Origin: Fibrobacteria bacterium
Lineage (GTDB): Bacteria > Fibrobacterota > Fibrobacteria > UBA11236
DNA length: 13,675 nucleotides
Reading direction: 5' to 3'
Assembly: GCA_043732185.1 (NCBI GenBank)
Contig: JAYTHY010000043.1
Coordinates: 1 to 13,675 of the forward strand
Shown piece by piece: positions 1 to 8,600 of the stretch. The notes under the pieces are model-generated. The model was not told the DNA's origin and made no database searches. It saw only the letters and a program-made list of their open reading frames with translations. The position numbers and the translations under genes are program-made. The number at the start of each line of letters is the position of its first letter. Positions within the stretch are counted from its first letter, which is position 1.

Positions 1-1002
1 TTCCATCTGGATGGGATTTTGGAAGTCCAAACTCCGAGATCGGATTAAGGTCTCAGGGCTGGCAGTCCATTCACGGGAAATGTACTCGGCATTGATCAAG
101 AATATTTCCGATTTTTGGTGAATGGACCAGAAATAATCACGGATCTCCCTAGGAAGGTTTTCCAGAGATGTCAACAGGTTAACGGTTTCAGTAAGATAAA
201 AGTGAACTTGATAGTAGCTGCCAAAGCCATTCCCTCGCAGTAAGGCTTGGATGAGCTCGCGACCTTGTCCAACAGCTTCTTCTGTCAGATTGAGACCGAT
301 GAGACACTTAATTTCCAATTGCCAAAGTCCATACCGATACAGGGTACCGGCTCGGGTAGCGTACAGCCCTTCCGCCATGTGATTGAAGGTCCGGATCAGT
401 CTTAAAGCATGCAGATAGCGACCTTGACGATATTCTAGTTGAATGGCGGCAATGAATTCCTGAGCCTTGACTGGAATTTCAAGTGAATCATCTTCCGGTA
501 GGGAAGTCGAAGGTGTATATCCAATTATCCCTGCTGTTCCCACCATTCCTGGGGTGTTCAATGTGCCAGTATTTCCTGTGCCGATAGCATTTGCGGCTAC
601 GGCGGTGCTGGACTGGCCCGTAGATTTTATGTCATTGCCAAAGCCAAGGCTGTCCTGGTATAGCAACCGCCTGGGAAAAACCATTTCATCGCCGTAAAAA
701 ATGGCTAAGGATTGAACCAGTGAGTTTTCCAGCAAATCAGTGGCAAGGAAAAGGTAATTGTCGGGGGAAGAGGTTGAACTGGACCGCTGTAATTGTTCCT
801 GAAGGCGTGTCAGATGTTCAGACTTTGTTTTTTCCAAAACACCTTGAATGGCACCGACGAATTCTGTATTGCGATTTTCCAGTGATTTTTCGATCAGGAT
901 ACGTTCCTCTTTGACGGTACGGAAGCTGAGATAGGCGAGTATCAAACCGGGCACCAGAATGCTGAACAAGAATACCTGGTAGAGGTATTTGGATAAATTC
1001 AC
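1..1002 (-). CDS. Probable membrane sensor protein (likely histidine kinase N-terminal/extracytoplasmic region); 3' end runs off the left edge
   Basis: Not in the ORF track because no stop falls inside the window. Manual translation from GTG at 1002 (AAGG upstream) stays open to position 1: MNLSKYLYQVFLFSILVPGLILAYLSFRTVKEERILIEKSLENRNTEFVGAIQGVLEKTKSEHL...REIRDYFWSIHQKSEIFLINAEYISREWTASPETLIRSRSLDFQNPIQME. An N-terminal TM helix followed by a helical segment is typical of sensor kinase TM1. The kinase core is not visible in the window. Confidence 0.7.
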   Translation of the reverse strand, partial: MNLSKYLYQVFLFSILVPGLILAYLSFRTVKEERILIEKSLENRNTEFVGAIQGVLEKTKSEHLTRLQEQLQRSSSTSSPDNYLFLATDLLENSLVQSLAIFYGDEMVFPRRLLYQDSLGFGNDIKSTGQSSTAVAANAIGTGNTGTLNTPGMVGTAGIIGYTPSTSLPEDDSLEIPVKAQEFIAAIQLEYRQGRYLHALRLIRTFNHMAEGLYATRAGTLYRYGLWQLEIKCLIGLNLTEEAVGQGRELIQALLRGNGFGSYYQVHFYLTETVNLLTSLENLPREIRDYFWSIHQKSEIFLINAEYISREWTASPETLIRSRSLDFQNPIQME

Positions 1003-1047
1003 GTCAATTCGCCTTGTGAACGTTTTCGATTGCCTGGAGCACGAGCA

Positions 1048-1299
1048 TCAGAACAGCAGTGTTTCCAGCATCAGCAATGCGTGCTCACCCAGTTGACGGT
1101 AGATAAAATTGCGCGCAAAGGGAAATTGATAAATTTCCAAACAAAGCAAGACCATAGTAAAAACGATAAAGGCGACGAAAAATCCAATTACATAGTAGAG
1201 AAGAAAAAACAGGATACGCTTTGGTTCCCTCGAACTGCGGTCGATGGCAAAGGAATAAATGAAATTGAGTACGACCGTTGTCATGACTGTTGCATCCAA
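1048..1299 (-). CDS. Small putative membrane protein (start may be ATG at 1284)
   Basis: 83-aa ORF with a strongly hydrophobic segment (ILFFLLYYVIGFFVAFIVFTMVLLCL). It is co-oriented with both flanking genes and fills most of the 381-bp gap between them. No family recognised. Confidence 0.45.
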   Translation of the reverse strand: MDATVMTTVVLNFIYSFAIDRSSREPKRILFFLLYYVIGFFVAFIVFTMVLLCLEIYQFPFARNFIYRQLGEHALLMLETLLF

Positions 1300-1383
1300 A
1301 AGGTCGAATTAATGTACCAAAAAGGTGCCTTGACCCTTCTGGGGAAAGTTAAAAATTAGTTGGGCATACCGTTACATTGCAGC

Positions 1384-2496
1384 TTACATCACGGTCGTTT
1401 GCACGATAACGGTATAGTCGCCGCGATTGATGATACCTGGATACAAGTCCTTGATTAAAATTGTGGATGATTTTTCCTTGATATTCACCACTATTCCATT
1501 CGCCAGCACCTTATCCGTCATTCGGCCATCGCTTTGGTTGAAAAACAAAACCATGTCTCCAATTTTATAGCCACGGGCAGACCCGCGGTCCACAATGGCG
1601 TATGAGAAGGGTTGCGGAAATTCCTCATCATTCAGCCAAACCACTCTTGCACTCAGTTTTCCGTTTGTGACCGGTGAATAGCCGGTGGCGACAACCTCGG
1701 TTAGCGAAGTCAGTGGGCATGCCCGGGCACTTTGGGAAATGGTGCCAAAACAACGAATCAGGCGACCCACCGAAGTTTTCGGCCCTACGCGCACTATTTC
1801 CACAATACCGTTGGTTTCAATAATGTGGCCTAAATCGTGTCCAGTAGCTAGGGAGCGATAACTAAGTCCGACATTGTAGGTACGGAATAAATCACCTGGT
1901 TTCACACCCACTTCGCGACCAGCACCAATCACCACTTCATCGAATAATTGTAAAATTTCCGATTCATTGGACCCGCTGTAACGCAGAGAACATTCATGCG
2001 GAAAGGCGTGGGAACCGATACCCGTTTCTGCGAGAAATGGCGTGCCGAGAACCACTTCCTGTGAGAGGTAATACTTAGCAGGAGCGCCCTCACTGGTGGA
2101 AGATTCCCGTCTTGGACTGTCCTGTGGAGGCAGCGGTTCACTTTCATTTGGCTTGAGTGCGCCCACTTTCTGCAGGTAGCTTTGCGTACGATTGGTGGGA
2201 TTTTTTTTCCAATCTTCGTTGCCAAACTTCTTACTACCGCGGACTGATTTTGTGGAAGCGCCTTCGCTTTCTTTTTCCGGATTTGGCGATTCACCCACAG
2301 GGACGGGATTGGCAGTTTGTGGATTCAGTTGCCAAACACTGGGCCAATTCATGGGATCCTTTAGATGGGTTTTGCTGATCTCCCACAGTGCATCTGGATT
2401 TTCAACCAAAGGAGTTCCGGCACAAAAAAGGATGGTGGGAACACTGCACACCAAGGCTGCCAGTCTGAACTTATATCTCGGGAACTTAATTCGCAT
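1384..2496 (-). CDS. Exported TsaP-like LysM-type protein with degenerate LysM and C-terminal beta domains
   Basis: Signal-peptide-like N-terminus. DALWEISKTHLKDPMNWPSVWQLNPQTANP resembles the GDTLWDIS..YL.DPW.WP.IW..NPQI.NP LysM motif. The C-terminal motifs VVIGAGREVGVKPGDLF, GIVEIVRV, IVDRGSARGYKIGD and INRGD fit this family. SD-like TAAGGTGG at 2501-2508 (minus strand). Confidence 0.75.
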   Translation of the reverse strand: MRIKFPRYKFRLAALVCSVPTILFCAGTPLVENPDALWEISKTHLKDPMNWPSVWQLNPQTANPVPVGESPNPEKESEGASTKSVRGSKKFGNEDWKKNPTNRTQSYLQKVGALKPNESEPLPPQDSPRRESSTSEGAPAKYYLSQEVVLGTPFLAETGIGSHAFPHECSLRYSGSNESEILQLFDEVVIGAGREVGVKPGDLFRTYNVGLSYRSLATGHDLGHIIETNGIVEIVRVGPKTSVGRLIRCFGTISQSARACPLTSLTEVVATGYSPVTNGKLSARVVWLNDEEFPQPFSYAIVDRGSARGYKIGDMVLFFNQSDGRMTDKVLANGIVVNIKEKSSTILIKDLYPGIINRGDYTVIVQTTVM

Positions 2497-2904
2497 CCGG
2501 CCACCTTATTTGATGTTTTTGTGTCTTCTCAGACTAAGGATATGATTTCCTTTTTTTCGTCCAAGAGGCAACCCTTTTTCATTTTTGCGGTATTTGCGCT
2601 CTTAGTGAGGATAGCAAATTTCCACACATTGGATCGGTATTCACCCCTCTGCTTTGGCAAAGCTATGGAGGGGTCCAGAACTCGGTTAAAAATGAGGTTA
2701 TTCTCGGGTTTTTGATGAGGTCCCCGTCCATTTCGAAATGAGCTTTAGCAACACCTTCGGCAACTGGGTCATCGAATGGCTTTATGAACCCTGATTTTCG
2801 TGGGTATTTGGATAAGTTCATGGGCCACTTAAGTCCATGAAATTCTAGGGCATTAGGTCCTCCACCCCATAAAATATTTAGACGTCCCAAACAAAGGAGT
2901 TCAG
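2497..2904. promoter_or_regulatory. Divergent intergenic control region with several dyad elements
   Basis: 408 bp between divergent starts. Inverted repeats at 2592-2619, 2643-2674, 2729-2740 (perfect CATTTCGAAATG) and 2817-2841. TAAAAT at 2870-2875 and SD AAGGAG at 2894-2899. Confidence 0.5.
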
Positions 2905-3162
2905 ATGTACAGCCTGAACGAATCAAATAGTCCATCCTATCACACTAGCGGTCAGGTGGCGAAGGCTCTTCGAGTCTCCGTCTCTACCTTGAAGCGTTGG
3001 CTGGAAGAAAATCCCAGCCTCGCCGGATTCAGAACAAATGCCAGTGGCTGGCGTTTGTTCTCTCCGGCAGAGATCGATCTTTTACGCGAGCACCAGCGGC
3101 AGCGTAAAAAAGATGGCAAAACATTTAAGCCGTCTACCCTGAGGCCCGTCAACGATGAGTAA
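2905..3162 (+). CDS. Stand-alone MerR/excisionase-like winged HTH DNA-binding protein
   Basis: YHTSGQVAKALRVSVSTLKRW...RTNASGWRLFSPAEIDLL is a MerR-type HTH plus wing. Only 85 aa, with no effector domain. Strong SD AAGGAG; overlaps the next gene (ATGAGTAA). Confidence 0.85.
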   Translation: MYSLNESNSPSYHTSGQVAKALRVSVSTLKRWLEENPSLAGFRTNASGWRLFSPAEIDLLREHQRQRKKDGKTFKPSTLRPVNDE

Positions 3163-4390
3163 GATCGTGCCGTTCCTCCTAACCCTTGGACTCCTGGCCC
3201 ACATCGCCATGGCTGCCCAGTTACGTTCCCGGGCGCAAGGCGTTCCAGGAGTGCTGGCATCCAATACTGTGGGCTTGGGTGACATTTGGGTTACTGTGGG
3301 CGCGAGTTCCTATTTCCGCATTCAACCGGTTTCCAATCAACGATTGGCAAAGCTGGTGGATACGGTCTACCGCAACGATTTCCGCCTGCTGTACGGGTCA
3401 GGAAATAGGTTGCATAGGGACTTGCTCCTTGCTCCAAGTGTCGGTGCAACATTAGGATTGGCGAATTTCTTGCATTTGGAAGTCGAGGGAATACCCTGGG
3501 ACGGGGAAAAACTCGGCGCTTCCACTGCGCGATTAAAAGTAACGACTCCAGGAAATGACAACCTCCGAATTATCGGCATGGCTCTGATATTGAGTGCCAC
3601 GCTGTCTACGGAGGAAGACATTTATTCCAAAGCGGAATCGACGCCCGGCTTTGACCCTATGCTGTACTGGGGTGTAGTTGCGGATCTCGATTTAGTGAAG
3701 GTGGTCCACGCCTTGCCTATCAAGGCCTATTTCAATTACACCAACTTGGACGACTATCGGCTTGTCCACGCTTATACGCAGCACCAATTTCGTTTTGCCA
3801 TGGAATATATGGGAAATCGTAGGAATTGGTTTGTACGGGGTGGAGCGATGTTGTACAAACCCTTGCCTACGCAGTTCAATCCCAATCCTTCCGGTGGATT
3901 TCTTCCAACCATCTATGAGTTTGGAATGGGATACCGCGCAGCTATGGGGGATAGGCTCACCTTTACAGCTGATTTCACCATGGATCCCATTCATCCCATT
4001 TCCTTCTTCAATCGCGAAACGGGAAAACCACCAAAGTTGCAAATCGGGTTCGAAGCTCCACTGGTATTCAACGAAACCAGGACGGAAGCCATCCGAGCGC
4101 TCATATTCAACGAGGAGCAACGTAAGGCCTACCGAGAAAAAGTTGCGAAAAATGCCGCGCAGAAAAAGGGTCAACCGGATTCTGCTTCGACAGCCAGTTC
4201 TCTGGCTGCCTCTGGCTCAGCAGCGGCGGCCGCCGGTCTTAAAGTTGAGGAAATCGGTTTGGAAGAAAGAAAGGCAACACAGTCGAAAGATGTTTTCAAA
4301 GGCGTATTCGACGAATCGGAAGTGGAAGTCACGGAAAAGCGAAAGCAAATTCGGAATGAACTGAAACAAATTGAGGATTTATTGGAATGA
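3155..4390 (+). CDS. Secreted beta-strand-rich protein (putative outer-membrane barrel) with charged helical C-tail; paralog of 4387..5643
   Basis: Sec signal (MSKIVPFLLTLGLLAHIAMA). Amphipathic strands such as SVGATLGLANFLHLEVEG, YEFGMGYRA, LTFTADFT and LQIGFEAP. Ala/Ser linker and Glu/Lys-rich C-terminus. Confidence 0.75.
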   Translation: MSKIVPFLLTLGLLAHIAMAAQLRSRAQGVPGVLASNTVGLGDIWVTVGASSYFRIQPVSNQRLAKLVDTVYRNDFRLLYGSGNRLHRDLLLAPSVGATLGLANFLHLEVEGIPWDGEKLGASTARLKVTTPGNDNLRIIGMALILSATLSTEEDIYSKAESTPGFDPMLYWGVVADLDLVKVVHALPIKAYFNYTNLDDYRLVHAYTQHQFRFAMEYMGNRRNWFVRGGAMLYKPLPTQFNPNPSGGFLPTIYEFGMGYRAAMGDRLTFTADFTMDPIHPISFFNRETGKPPKLQIGFEAPLVFNETRTEAIRALIFNEEQRKAYREKVAKNAAQKKGQPDSASTASSLAASGSAAAAAGLKVEEIGLEERKATQSKDVFKGVFDESEVEVTEKRKQIRNELKQIEDLLE

Positions 4391-5643
4391 AACAGTTATC
4401 TAAAACCCTGTTCATCGGGGTAATGCTTTACCTGACACTTGCCCAGTCGATTCTGGCTCAGGCTCGGCGATCGCGTCAGGATGGATTGAGTACGACATCC
4501 TCCTCCTCAACTTCTGGGGCGGGAAATATGAATATAACCATGTACGGCAGGACGTTCCTTTGGGACAATGCTGCAGCGCAAAAAATCCCTCCGGTTCTGC
4601 CGCATATTGAATTGAATTATGGACTAACCGATTTCCTGGATCTGGTAGGTGGTATCAACGCCTTAACCTACGTGTTCTCACCTGGGTATTTGTATGCCCG
4701 GGCAAAACTTACGACTCCGAATAACAAATACATTCGATTGCTGGGTTTCAGCCAAACTTTGGAATTGAAAAAGACTTTACTGGATTATTTTCCATCCAAC
4801 GGATACCGAGTACAAAGAGAAGGATTTGGGCCGGAAGGATTCATACTCGGCAATTCCGATCGTGTGACCAGTTGGAAATTGCTGACCTCGGCAGACGTTG
4901 AACTTATTCGAATTTCCTCATACTTGCCTTTCAAGCTTTACGCAAACTTGGGATGGGAAGGGGAATTCTCCTCAGATGTCAATGACTACAATGCGAAATT
5001 GGTGAGAGAGAGCAAGGGAAAACTGAAGCTGCCGGGACAGGATTTATCCTTGGTGCCTATGTCATTGGGCTTGGAATTAAAAACATATACAACTGATTTC
5101 TTTACCGAATTCGAAGCGCAACCGTTCATGAGTCAAATTTCCAAAAAAATCCGAGCCAATATATTTGGCGAGAAAAATGGAAATTGGAAACGCTTCTATG
5201 TGGTTGGAAAGCCCTTTGACATGCATTTCATGGAAATGCCCATGTATGTGAATTCCGGAGCCAAGATGAAATACGCAAACGGACTTGAATTGCAAGGGGG
5301 GCTATCTTGGCTTCTCAGCAAAGACCGCGGGCCCAAGTTGGGTCCGTGCACTGTGGCAACCAACCCATGCCTGGAAGGCGCGTCAGACGGGTATTCGCCG
5401 TTTTATCCACAGTGGAAAGTTTTCTGGCTAGTGCGATATCCCTTCTGGTTTACCCAGCCCTCAAGTGAACTGTACCGATCGTTTCTGCTTAAACGCTATC
5501 AAGACAAACGAAAGAAAGTCGACCTGGACGCCACTTTGGGCGCGCCGGTAAACCAGTCCGAGGAATTGGACGCATCCGAAAGGAAGAAAAAGCTGGAACT
5601 GCGGAGAAAGGAGGCTGATGGCAAAACCGTCGACCTCAACTAG
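4387..5643 (+). CDS. Secreted beta-strand-rich protein (putative outer-membrane barrel) with charged C-tail; paralog of 3155..4390
   Basis: ATGA overlap with the upstream gene. Sec signal ending ILA-Q. Strands IELNYGLTDFLDLVGGI, MSLGLELK and LELQGGLSW. Shares motif blocks with the preceding ORF. Confidence 0.75.
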   Translation: MKQLSKTLFIGVMLYLTLAQSILAQARRSRQDGLSTTSSSSTSGAGNMNITMYGRTFLWDNAAAQKIPPVLPHIELNYGLTDFLDLVGGINALTYVFSPGYLYARAKLTTPNNKYIRLLGFSQTLELKKTLLDYFPSNGYRVQREGFGPEGFILGNSDRVTSWKLLTSADVELIRISSYLPFKLYANLGWEGEFSSDVNDYNAKLVRESKGKLKLPGQDLSLVPMSLGLELKTYTTDFFTEFEAQPFMSQISKKIRANIFGEKNGNWKRFYVVGKPFDMHFMEMPMYVNSGAKMKYANGLELQGGLSWLLSKDRGPKLGPCTVATNPCLEGASDGYSPFYPQWKVFWLVRYPFWFTQPSSELYRSFLLKRYQDKRKKVDLDATLGAPVNQSEELDASERKKKLELRRKEADGKTVDLN

Positions 5644-8600
5644 GGTCGGGATGCCGCTAGTGCGGCTTCTGATTCTGGTTTTATTATTCCTGCGTGCCCT
5701 TCTGGGTATTGCACCTGCTTTTGCTGCGGCTCCTGTCGCTTCTGGCTCGAGTCTTGGCTGGAATCGTGGCCTCACCTTTGGATCTATTGCACCCTCCAAT
5801 AAGGGTCTTTGGTCCCAAGCTGATGCCATGGTTAATCGTCTGCGTGAAGAACGTCGCAAATTAAACCTCATTCTTGAGGAATTAGAACGATTGCAGTATA
5901 TGGGGCAAGATTTCCGGGATCTCCAGCTTTATCCGACGCGGATTACCGGTTTGGGTCCCAAGGATGACATTAAACTAGACCGGATGATCGAAGGTCTGGA
6001 AAGAAACTTGGCCTTAACTCGGAAGCAGGTCCTGGAGCTTGAGAAGCCTCTCGAGGATGCGAATTTCATCGCTCGGGAAATGTTGGAAGAAAGTCCCAAC
6101 CAAGACATGATCGATCTGTTGCTTAAAGACAATGTGGAAAGAATCGGACGCTTGGTTAAGGTACAGAAAGAATTGAACAAGCGATGGGACGATGCCTTTG
6201 CCTTGCTGTCGGAATACAGCGACCGTATTGGGCTAGGCAAGTTGGTAAATCAGAATACGCTTATTGAAGATGAATTCTTTAAGGTGCTGATGACCAATGT
6301 TGGCCGAGCGTCGCAGCGGTTCTATGGGGAAATGAATGACTATAAGGACTCCCTGGCGGCGCGCAGTGAAAAATCGGATTGGGAGAAAATGGCAAGCCTG
6401 GATCTTGGCCGTATTAAGGGACGCATTACCTCCAAGAGCATTGAAATGGTTCAATCTGATTTGGAAAGATTGTCATTGCGCTTCCACGGACGGATTTCAA
6501 TTGGGCTCGTGAACTATTATTTGGGCGCCAGTTTCATGCAAGGTGAAAAGCCATTAAAGGCTGTGGAAGCATATGGCAAGGTTGCACATGAAAGCCGCAT
6601 GTATGGGCCTGCATGCTTGGGACTTCTCCAAGCCCTCTTCGAATCCCGTCAAGATGATTCGCTCATCGTTCGTTTCCATGCCTTTAGGGCTGCAGGCATT
6701 TTGGATGCCAAGTTATTGCCTCCAGCCCTCTATTTGGTTATTCAAAGCACCTATGCACTAGGCAAAGATTCCTTGTTGGAAACCGAAATGACCTCTACAA
6801 CGGCAAAGGATCGGTATCACTTCAAATCCCTATTCATCTATGCCAAATCGTTAGTGCGTCAAAAGCGCTATGCGGAGGCCCGTGGCGTGCTGGTAACCTT
6901 GGTGGCGGAATCGCAAATTGATAAGCAACTGCATAACCAGGCGGAAATTGCCCTGGCACATCTCAATTTTAAAGAAGCCCATTACGAGACTTCACTGAAG
7001 GGTTATCAAAACCTTCTCGACCAGCCTGGATTCCAAGCTGAGGCACTTTATGGCATGGTGTGGTCCAATATCAAGATGCAGGATTTGGATGCAGCAGAAT
7101 TCATTTTGAAAAAACTGATTTCGCAATATCCGGATAATCCTTGGGCTATCGAAGGATTTATGGTCTTGGTCCGGAAGGTGATGCTAAAAGCCAAAAATGA
7201 ATGGGCGTTCCGTGTTATGGTTGACCGGGAATCCGATCAACTGCAGGATTTCAGTAAAAAATTATTGGAACGCCAACAGAATAACCTCATTTCCGAAAGT
7301 CAGTTGAAATCGGTGCGCGCCAAATTGACGCAAGCCTCCGCCGCTTTAAGTCGACAGAAGCCACTGACCGCGGAACAAATCGCCCAGCTCTATCAACAAG
7401 GACTAGGGCTTTGTGACTTTGTTGATGAGCGTTACAAAACGGGCGAGTATTCCGAACAATCCTTCAATAGTGAAAGAGAAGCAGTGTTGACAAAACTGAA
7501 GGATCCGGCCCTTTCAAATCTGAAAGGTGTCGACTCCAGCGCGAGCGATACCACCGGATTCCGATTGGTTGTCAAAGAAAAGCTATTTGAAAGCCGTGCC
7601 CTTGCCTTGGATATTCACGTGATGCATAAAGCCTGGCTGGAAGAATTACTGAAGTATTCCCAGCGCAAGCTTCAGGATGAAATTTATGCTTTGCGATCGG
7701 ATAGTTCCAAGACCATTGTTCGGTCGGAAATGGTCAAACGTTCACATGTATTGGCAGACGATATTTCGGAGCGCTTGGCAGGTAAATCGGATGACATTCT
7801 GGGGCGTATCCGTGAGCTGAGTGAGGACCCCAACTCCCTTGGTATTATGGATTGGATGCTGTTCCAGAAGGGTTATTTGAATTACGGTCTCGAGGAGGAT
7901 GCACTAAAGAAACGTCTGGCATCATTCCAATGGATAGAGGCGCAGGCAGGTGTAGGCCGGGCTCCACAAGCGGAACCCACTCTCGAACCGGAGAGTTTTG
8001 AATTGCCCTGGAAGGATCTGATATCAAATTATCCGAACTCGCCTTACGTCCCTGCGGCTCTATACTATATGGGTTATTCACAAACCTTGCGGGGTGAAAC
8101 GGTTTCTGGTCTGCACTATTTTGAAGAGTTGGTACAGCGTTTCCCGCAGGCGTCATATGCACAGCAGGCATATATATTTATTGGGGAATATTATTTCAAC
8201 GAAAACAAACTGGAACAGGCTGCGGAAGCGTATGATAAGGTGCTTGACTTCGCGGATTCTAAATATTTTGAACAAGCTCTTTATAAGTTGGCTTGGACCA
8301 GATACAGGGCCAATGCCTACAAAACGGCCATCAGTTCTTTCACCTTCATATTGGAGGAATCCGGAAGAAACGCTAAAGGCAAGGTAAAATCCGTACTGAC
8401 CAGTGAGGCACTCCAATTTGCGGCTCTATCCATTGCAGAAAGCGATACAAGCGGTGATGGAGGTCTCAAACAAAGTAAAGCTTTCGCGGAAAAACTGGGT
8501 GATGCGTACTTGGGGGCTAAATTATTACATCGCATGGCGGTAATTTATAGACAGCAGGGTCGATTGGATCGGTCCAAACATGCGCTGGAAGCCTTGCTGG

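Noticed and set aside
467..914. Plus-strand ORFs 467..697 and 720..914
   Set aside because: They are antisense shadows of the longer minus-strand gene 1..1002.
1030..1359. 109-aa plus-strand ORF
   Set aside because: TTG start, no recognisable family, and antisense to the hydrophobic ORF that is co-oriented with its neighbours. Not fully excluded.
2610..2700. GCAAA...GGCAAAGCTATGG resembling a c-di-GMP-I riboswitch
   Set aside because: It lacks the GAAA-tetraloop P2 stem, the correct spacing and the receptor-containing P3. The resemblance is limited to a short word.
2663..2935. 90-aa minus-strand ORF, and the 2365..2715 plus-strand ORF, in the intergenic region
   Set aside because: They overlap the starts of better-supported genes and show no protein-like motifs.
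2905..3162. Excisionase marking a prophage or integrative element
   Set aside because: No integrase, att-like repeats, tRNA or phage genes were seen in the window.
3692..4364. 160-aa and 200-aa alternative-frame ORFs, plus other short ORFs nested in the large genes
   Set aside because: They lie fully within well-supported CDSs and have no independent family features.
5605..5630. Similar GATGGCAAAA sequence at the 5618 and 9114 gene junctions (also near 3112)
   Set aside because: Short and explained by overlapping DGK/MAK coding plus SD constraints. Not evidence for a repeat element.
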